DNA from: an uncultured Mycoplasma sp.
Lineage (GTDB): Bacteria > Bacillota_I > Bacilli_A > RF39 > UBA660
Length of the DNA stretch: 64,000 nucleotides
Assembly: GCA_946554525.1 (NCBI GenBank)
Contig: CAMNSE010000006.1
Coordinates: forward strand, 7,435-71,434
Reading direction: 5' to 3'
Shown here: piece after piece, positions 58,449 to 64,000 of the stretch
Layout: the number at the start of each line of letters is the position of its first letter
Position numbering within the stretch: position 1 is the first letter of the stretch
Made by a program: the position numbers and the translations under genes
The notes under the pieces: generated by a model
What the model was told of the DNA's origin: nothing
Database searches by the model: none
Seen by the model: only the letters and a program-made list of their open reading frames with translations

Positions 58449-61334
58449 ATGAAAAAAATAATAATTTTATTTATTGCATTAATTTCATTTTTTAGTGCAA
58501 CAATTAATAGTAATGCAGCAACAAATTACATATATATAGGGGAGACAATTGAGGGTGTTAGAGTACAGCTTCATACCGATACAATGAATTTTAGCATGGG
58601 AATGGAGAAGCTTATTAATCGGACTACTGATGAGCTAGTTTATTGTATTGAACCAGGAATTCACTTATATGATGGAGATTATACTAAAACCACTTATATT
58701 AGCAAAATATCAGAAATGTTAAGTGAAGAAGAATGGGATTATTTAAAATTACTTACTTATTATGGATATGGTTACGAAAATAGAACCGATTTAAAATGGT
58801 ATGTTGTAACTCAGTTTATGGTATGGGATTATATGTTACGTGATAAAGGTGAGATATATTTTATAAATAGTTCAGGAGCTAAAATTAATTCATATGATAA
58901 AGAAATAAAAGAAATATTAAAAGATATAGAAAATCATAATATAATTCCCTCATTTACGAACGAAAATTCTAGTAATTCATATTTAAAAATAAGAACTGGA
59001 AAAGAAACAACACTGACTGATGAAAATAATGTATTATCTAAATTTGATGTTGAGTGTAATGATGTTAACGCAATTTTAAAAAAAGAAGGCAACAAGCTAA
59101 CTTTCAAGTCAAACTCAACTGCAATAGTAAGTATATACTTTTATCATCACGATGATTCTAAGAGGGATGGAGCACTATTTTACAAATCTAGCTCTCAAAC
59201 TGTTATTAGCAGGAATACATTTTTTAATCCAGTCTACTTAAATGTCGAAATGACTTATCCAACTGTTAAAATTAAAAAAAGTCCAACAGAAGATGTAGGT
59301 TTGTCTGTTGGTGGAGCTAAATATAATATTTATCGTAAAAACAATACATTATATAAAAGTATTACTCTAGGAAGTGATGGGACATATACGCTTTCAAATT
59401 TTCCATCCGGAGAATATTACTTAACCGAAGAAATTGCTCCATATGGTTATCAATTAAATACTGAAAAAACTTATTTTACTGTCACAACAGAAGATTTAGA
59501 AATAGATTTACAAGAAAAACCGATAAAAAAAGAAATCATTATTGAAAAATATTTAGAAAATGTTGATGGAAGTTTAGAGTTAGAAGATGATGCTACATTT
59601 GAACTATATGAAAAAGCAACCAGTAGATTTATTAGTACTATTAAAACAGATAAGTATGGAAAAATTAAGCTAAATTTACCTTATAGTACTTATATTTTAA
59701 AACAAACAAGTGGGAGAGATGGATATGCTTTTATTTCAGATTATGAATTTACAATAAACGAAAAAAGTACTCCAACGACTAGAACAATATTAAAGAATAA
59801 AGCTATTTTTGGGTCTTTAGAGATTAATAAATTGGACTCAGAAAGCAAATTAATACTAGATAGTGCAAGTTTTAAAATTAAAAATGTAAAAACTGATAGA
59901 TATCTTTTATTTAAAGGAAAAGAGACTATTAAAACAAAAGATGGAAAGATTATTTTAGATAAAATTCCTTACGGAGAATACATGTTAGAAGAAATTGATC
60001 CTCCAGTAGGTTACTTAAAAGGGAATGATATTAATTTTGAGGTAAAAGCACAAGATGAAGCTATTATCTTAAATGTTATTAATAATAAAATAACGGGATC
60101 TGTAGAAATTAGCAAGCTAGATAAAGAAACAAGCGATTTAATTTTAGAAAAAGCAATTTTTAAAATTAAAAACGTAAAAACGAAAGAATATTTGAAATGG
60201 GAAAATAATGAGCTTTTAGAAACAACTGATGGCAAAATAAAAATAGATAACCTAGATTATGGTGATTATGAGTTAGAAGAAGTAATTTCCCCAATAGGAT
60301 ATTTAAAAGGTAAATCTATTAAATTTAAAATTAGAAATGATCGCGAAGTAATATTTTTAGATTTCTTAAATGAAAAAATTACAGGTAATATAGAAATTAT
60401 TAAGAAAAACAAAAATACAAATGATTTAATAATGCATGAAACCGTATTTAAAATTAAAGCTTTAAATAAAGGGGAATATTTGTATTTTAATGGAAGTACC
60501 GAAATAAAAACGTTAGAAGGCAAGATAAGTATTAAAGAGGTTTCTTTTGGGAATTATTTATTAGAAGAAGTACATGCTCCAACCGGTTATTTAACTGGTG
60601 AGCCAATTTTCTTCTCAATCAAAGACGATAGAGAAACAGTATTTTTAGAAGTTTTTAATAAAAAAATTGAAGGAGGAGTGGAAATTCATAAAATAGATAA
60701 GGATACTAAAGAGCTTATACTTGATGAAGTAACTTTTAAAATTAAGGATAAAGAAACTAATAAATACTTAATTTTTGGAGAAAATGAAGAAATAACCACT
60801 GTAGATGGTATTATAAAATTAGAAGGAATACCTTATGGAAAATATGAATTAGAAGAAATATCACCTCCGTTTAATTATAAAAAAGGAAGTAGTACTTTCT
60901 TTGAAATTACTGAAAATGAAAAAATAATTTTAATAGAAGTAGATAATGAAAAAAAGACTGGATCTCTCACTATCAAAAAATTAGATACTGATACGTTAAA
61001 ACCTTTAGGAAATGTTTTATTTGCCATTTTTAAAAATGATGGAACATTACTAGATGAATATAAAACAAATGAGGAGGGAATAATAGAATTAAATAATTTA
61101 GAAATAGGCAAATATCTAATTAAAGAAATTGCTACTTTAGAAGATTATGAACTATATGATGAAGTAATAGAAGTAGAAATAAAAGAAGGAATTAAAAGTA
61201 TTGTAAGTATTACCAATCGTTTTATTGTTGAAGTTCCACCTACCGGCGTTAATGAATTTTTGATATCCCTCTTAGTTAGCACAGCAATGATTCTTATAGG
61301 AAGCATTATATGTCATGAAAAAAAGAATCATTAA
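58449..61334 (+). CDS. sortase-anchored surface protein with five tandem Cna-B/SpaA-type repeats and a VPPTG sorting signal
   Basis: Signal peptide; ~96-aa repeats (G..EI.K.D..T...L..A.F.I......Y...G.Y.L.E...P.GY); C-terminal EVPPTGVNE + hydrophobic helix + HEKKNH tail. Confidence 0.75.
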   Translation: MKKIIILFIALISFFSATINSNAATNYIYIGETIEGVRVQLHTDTMNFSMGMEKLINRTTDELVYCIEPGIHLYDGDYTKTTYISKISEMLSEEEWDYLKLLTYYGYGYENRTDLKWYVVTQFMVWDYMLRDKGEIYFINSSGAKINSYDKEIKEILKDIENHNIIPSFTNENSSNSYLKIRTGKETTLTDENNVLSKFDVECNDVNAILKKEGNKLTFKSNSTAIVSIYFYHHDDSKRDGALFYKSSSQTVISRNTFFNPVYLNVEMTYPTVKIKKSPTEDVGLSVGGAKYNIYRKNNTLYKSITLGSDGTYTLSNFPSGEYYLTEEIAPYGYQLNTEKTYFTVTTEDLEIDLQEKPIKKEIIIEKYLENVDGSLELEDDATFELYEKATSRFISTIKTDKYGKIKLNLPYSTYILKQTSGRDGYAFISDYEFTINEKSTPTTRTILKNKAIFGSLEINKLDSESKLILDSASFKIKNVKTDRYLLFKGKETIKTKDGKIILDKIPYGEYMLEEIDPPVGYLKGNDINFEVKAQDEAIILNVINNKITGSVEISKLDKETSDLILEKAIFKIKNVKTKEYLKWENNELLETTDGKIKIDNLDYGDYELEEVISPIGYLKGKSIKFKIRNDREVIFLDFLNEKITGNIEIIKKNKNTNDLIMHETVFKIKALNKGEYLYFNGSTEIKTLEGKISIKEVSFGNYLLEEVHAPTGYLTGEPIFFSIKDDRETVFLEVFNKKIEGGVEIHKIDKDTKELILDEVTFKIKDKETNKYLIFGENEEITTVDGIIKLEGIPYGKYELEEISPPFNYKKGSSTFFEITENEKIILIEVDNEKKTGSLTIKKLDTDTLKPLGNVLFAIFKNDGTLLDEYKTNEEGIIELNNLEIGKYLIKEIATLEDYELYDEVIEVEIKEGIKSIVSITNRFIVEVPPTGVNEFLISLLVSTAMILIGSIICHEKKNH
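59811..61250 (+). repeat. five in-frame tandem ~288-bp repeats encoding the Cna-B-like domains
   Basis: Repeat starts at ~59811, 60096, 60384, 60672 and 60960, spaced 285-288 bp. Confidence 0.65.
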
Positions 61335-61854
61335 ATTAATAGGTATAAGTTTTATTATTTCAGGAATAATATTTCCTACTATAAAAATAGGTGAAAAAGA
61401 GATAACAGAATTACAGAATAAAAAAGAATTAGCAGAAAAATTAGAAGATAAATCATTCTTTGCACTACTAGAAATTCCTAAAATAAATTTAAAAAAAGAA
61501 TTATTTCCAATATTAGCTAAGGAAAATAATGTAGATAAAAATATTTATCTTCATCCAAAATCTGTTTTGCCAGATAATAATTGGAGCAACGTTATCTTAC
61601 TTGGACATTCGGGGTATGGTTCTTCAGCTTATTTTCAAAATTTGCATAAGCTCCATACAAGCGATATTATTAAACTAGAATATCAAGGCACAATTTATGA
61701 ATATGAAATAAAAGAAATAGAAAGACAAAAAAAGACAGGAATTCTTAATTTAAAAAGAGAAAACAAGCACATGATTACATTGATTACATGCACTAAAAAT
61801 GATAATTATAGTCAAACAATTTACTATGGAGTGCTAAAAAATGTCCAAAAATGA
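61315..61854 (+). CDS. sortase (small class, B-like) dedicated to the upstream substrate
   Basis: N-terminal TM helix, catalytic His (LLGHSG), TLITC active-site Cys motif; 20-bp overlap with the substrate gene. Confidence 0.8.
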   Translation: MKKRIIKLIGISFIISGIIFPTIKIGEKEITELQNKKELAEKLEDKSFFALLEIPKINLKKELFPILAKENNVDKNIYLHPKSVLPDNNWSNVILLGHSGYGSSAYFQNLHKLHTSDIIKLEYQGTIYEYEIKEIERQKKTGILNLKRENKHMITLITCTKNDNYSQTIYYGVLKNVQK

Positions 61855-61957
61855 TAAAAAAGTGAAGTTTTTTGCAAAAATTTCACTTTTTTAAAAGGAA
61901 ATCGACCCCCTTCGGGTAATAAATATATATAGAGGGACTTTTTTGGAGGTGATAACT

Positions 61958-63706
61958 ATGATTCATGACAATGAGATTGAAAATATTAGGTCAAGCGCTA
62001 ATATTGTTGATGTAATATCTAGTTATATTCCATTAACCCAAAAAGGAAAAAACTATTTTGGTGTATGTCCATTTCATGAAGATCATTCTCCAAGTATGAG
62101 TGTGTCTGAATCTAAACAAATATATAAATGTTTTTCATGTGGTGCCGCAGGTAATGTTTTTACATTCGTAAGCGATTATGAAAATGTAAGTTTTATTGAA
62201 GCTGTTAAGATTGTTGCTGAAAAATGCGGTTTAACGTTTAAAGGAATAAAGACTAAAAATATAAAAGCAGAAGCTAATAAACTTGAATATGAAATCATGG
62301 ATTTAGCACTTAAATTTTACCAAAACAATTTAAATACTAAAGAAGGACTGCTTGCAAAAAATTATTTAAATGAAAGATCTCTGAAAGAAGATGCTATTAA
62401 ATCTTTTGATTTAGGCTTGGCACTAGAAACTAATAATACCTTAGCAAATTTGCTTATTAGTAAAGGCTATGATATCAATACTTTAATTAATCTAGGATTA
62501 GTAAATAAAAAAGATGAGTTTATAAATGATATTTTTAAATCGCGGATTATGTTTCCAATACATAATTTAGATGGCAAATGTGTTGGCTTTACTGGTCGTA
62601 TTTATACTACATCAGATCAAGCAAAATACATGAATTCTAAAGAAAGTGTTATTTTCAAAAAAGGCAGTATCTTATTTAATTACCATCGAGCGAAAAATGA
62701 AATTAAAAGAAAAAAAGAAGTTATTATTGTTGAAGGTAATATGGATGCTATAAGAATGTATACAAATGGAATTAAAAATGTAATAGCACTGATGGGAACA
62801 AGTCTTACAAATGAACAAGTAAGTATTATTAAAAATCTTCGTGCAAAAGTAATATTAATGTTTGATAATGATAATGCTGGAGAGACTGCTACTTATAACA
62901 ATGGGAATATCTTAGAAAGTAGTGGAATTACTCCTTATGTAGTTAGACTTAGTGGAGAAAAAGATCCTGATGAATATATCATAAAAAATGGCGTAGAAGC
63001 TATACTAGATAATATAAAATCTCCAGTTAGCTTCTTAGATTTTAAATTAAAATATTTAAAAAGAAATAAAGACTTAACTAAAACAGATGATTTAGTAAGT
63101 TATATCAAAGAACTAATAGGAAGCATTAAAGATATTGAAGACGATTTAACAAAAGAAATCGTTCTTAAAAAGACAAGCGAAGAATATGAAGTTCCTTATG
63201 AATTACTAAAACGCGAGTTAGAAAAGGTAACAGCTCCCAAAAAAGCAATTTCTAAAAAAGAGGTAATTACTTCAAAGGTTATACTATCAAAGTATGATAA
63301 AGCCGCAATGAATATCTTATATTATATGATGAATGATAGTAAATATATTCTAAGATTTGAACGCGAATTAGGTTTTTTTAGTAAAAAAAAATACCGAGAT
63401 ATAGCAAACGAAATTATATATTATTATGAATTTAATAAAACAATTGATTTAGCAGCATTTATAAGTTTTGCTAGCACAAGAGAGATAAGTGATGATGTAA
63501 AAGAAATTATTAAAGATGCTAAAGAAATAGATTTAGAAATGAATGCATTCATGGAATCAATTTATTCATTAGAAAAGGAAGAGAATAATCTCAAAATAAA
63601 AGAATTAAAAGAAAAAATTAAAACAGAATTTGATGAGAATAAAAAAATAAAATTTGCTCAAGAATTAATTAAATTAAAAAAAGGATGTGTAGGAAATGAA
63701 AAATAA
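61958..63706 (+). CDS. dnaG: DNA primase
   Basis: Zinc finger CPFHEDHSPSMSV...CFSCG, Toprim domain (EGNMDA, MFDNDNAG); start at the ATG after RBS ggaggtga. Confidence 0.9.
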   Translation: MIHDNEIENIRSSANIVDVISSYIPLTQKGKNYFGVCPFHEDHSPSMSVSESKQIYKCFSCGAAGNVFTFVSDYENVSFIEAVKIVAEKCGLTFKGIKTKNIKAEANKLEYEIMDLALKFYQNNLNTKEGLLAKNYLNERSLKEDAIKSFDLGLALETNNTLANLLISKGYDINTLINLGLVNKKDEFINDIFKSRIMFPIHNLDGKCVGFTGRIYTTSDQAKYMNSKESVIFKKGSILFNYHRAKNEIKRKKEVIIVEGNMDAIRMYTNGIKNVIALMGTSLTNEQVSIIKNLRAKVILMFDNDNAGETATYNNGNILESSGITPYVVRLSGEKDPDEYIIKNGVEAILDNIKSPVSFLDFKLKYLKRNKDLTKTDDLVSYIKELIGSIKDIEDDLTKEIVLKKTSEEYEVPYELLKRELEKVTAPKKAISKKEVITSKVILSKYDKAAMNILYYMMNDSKYILRFERELGFFSKKKYRDIANEIIYYYEFNKTIDLAAFISFASTREISDDVKEIIKDAKEIDLEMNAFMESIYSLEKEENNLKIKELKEKIKTEFDENKKIKFAQELIKLKKGCVGNEK

Positions 63707-64000
63707 TGAAAAAGAAAGTGCAAAAACAATCGTAGAAATTAAATCTTTAGAAAGTAGAATTGAAGAATTAGTAAATATTGGTAAAAAGAAAGGTTTTATA
63801 ACCTTTGAAGAACTAGCTGAAGCATTAAAAGGACTAGAAGTGGATAATGACTCATTGGATGAAATGTATAATACTTTAATGGAAAATGAAATTCAAGTTG
63901 TAGCTGAAGAAGATAGTGGAGCTGATGCTGATGGAGTTCCAAAAGTGTTAGAAGAAGAACCAATCATATTAGATGATACTGAACTCGCAAAAGATGTAAA
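63696..64000 (+). CDS. sigA: RNA polymerase sigma factor SigA/RpoD, N-terminal region 1.1-1.2 (3' partial)
   Basis: GKKKGFITFEELAEAL is conserved sigma-70 region 1.2; dnaG-sigA adjacency; runs off the window end. Confidence 0.85.
   Translation, partial: MKNNEKESAKTIVEIKSLESRIEELVNIGKKKGFITFEELAEALKGLEVDNDSLDEMYNTLMENEIQVVAEEDSGADADGVPKVLEEEPIILDDTELAKDV

Overview
This is a strongly AT-rich Firmicutes chromosomal segment, with all real genes on the + strand except three. A CotE-like spore-coat gene (43012..43542) suggests a spore-former, possibly Clostridia- or Erysipelotrichia-like, but no taxon can be assigned from sequence alone. Most of the window is housekeeping with Bacillus-like synteny: ppdK (5' partial), ruvX, DUF1292, mltG, yrrM-like methyltransferase, U32 peptidase, greA, rplS, lepB, then rbgA-rnhB-topA. 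The hrcA-grpE-dnaK-dnaJ heat-shock operon has a canonical CIRCE operator and a pepF gene inserted between dnaK and dnaJ. Further core genes are mtaB, recD2, HIT, rpsP plus KH protein, cdsA-rseP, tRNA-Arg(CCG), ruvA-[HAD]-ruvB-folD-tmk-like-queA, uvrC, and dnaG-sigA (3' partial). Accessory content sits in several places. (i) A ~9.7 kb + strand locus (32.8-42.5 kb) is the most interesting candidate system. It is bounded by intrinsic terminators and encodes two SipW-type (ER/archaeal-type) signal peptidases with long Lys/Ser/Thr-rich tails. It also encodes a TasA-sized protein whose SipW-cognate-type signal peptide closely follows the signature, a 956-aa Big_2/cadherin-like surface protein, a Cys-rich tandem-repeat membrane protein, and two further secreted proteins. 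This looks like a TasA/SipW-like fibre/matrix system of non-canonical composition. (ii) A 3.3 kb island (HD-DUF488 fusion, small HD protein, RhuM/DinD-family protein, UDG-like protein) is inserted into the conserved rplS...rbgA-rnhB neighbourhood. (iii) A sortase gene is paired with a 961-aa substrate carrying Cna-B-like repeats and a VPPTG sorting signal, behind a promoter and a terminator-like leader hairpin. (iv) The window also contains an orphan RnfC/RnfD-like pair, two transglutaminase-like paralogues and several small membrane peptides. No CRISPR, IS or transposase, rRNA or obvious prophage was seen. Coordinates for features derived by eye from the text (small ORFs, promoters, terminators, repeats) may be off by one or two bases.
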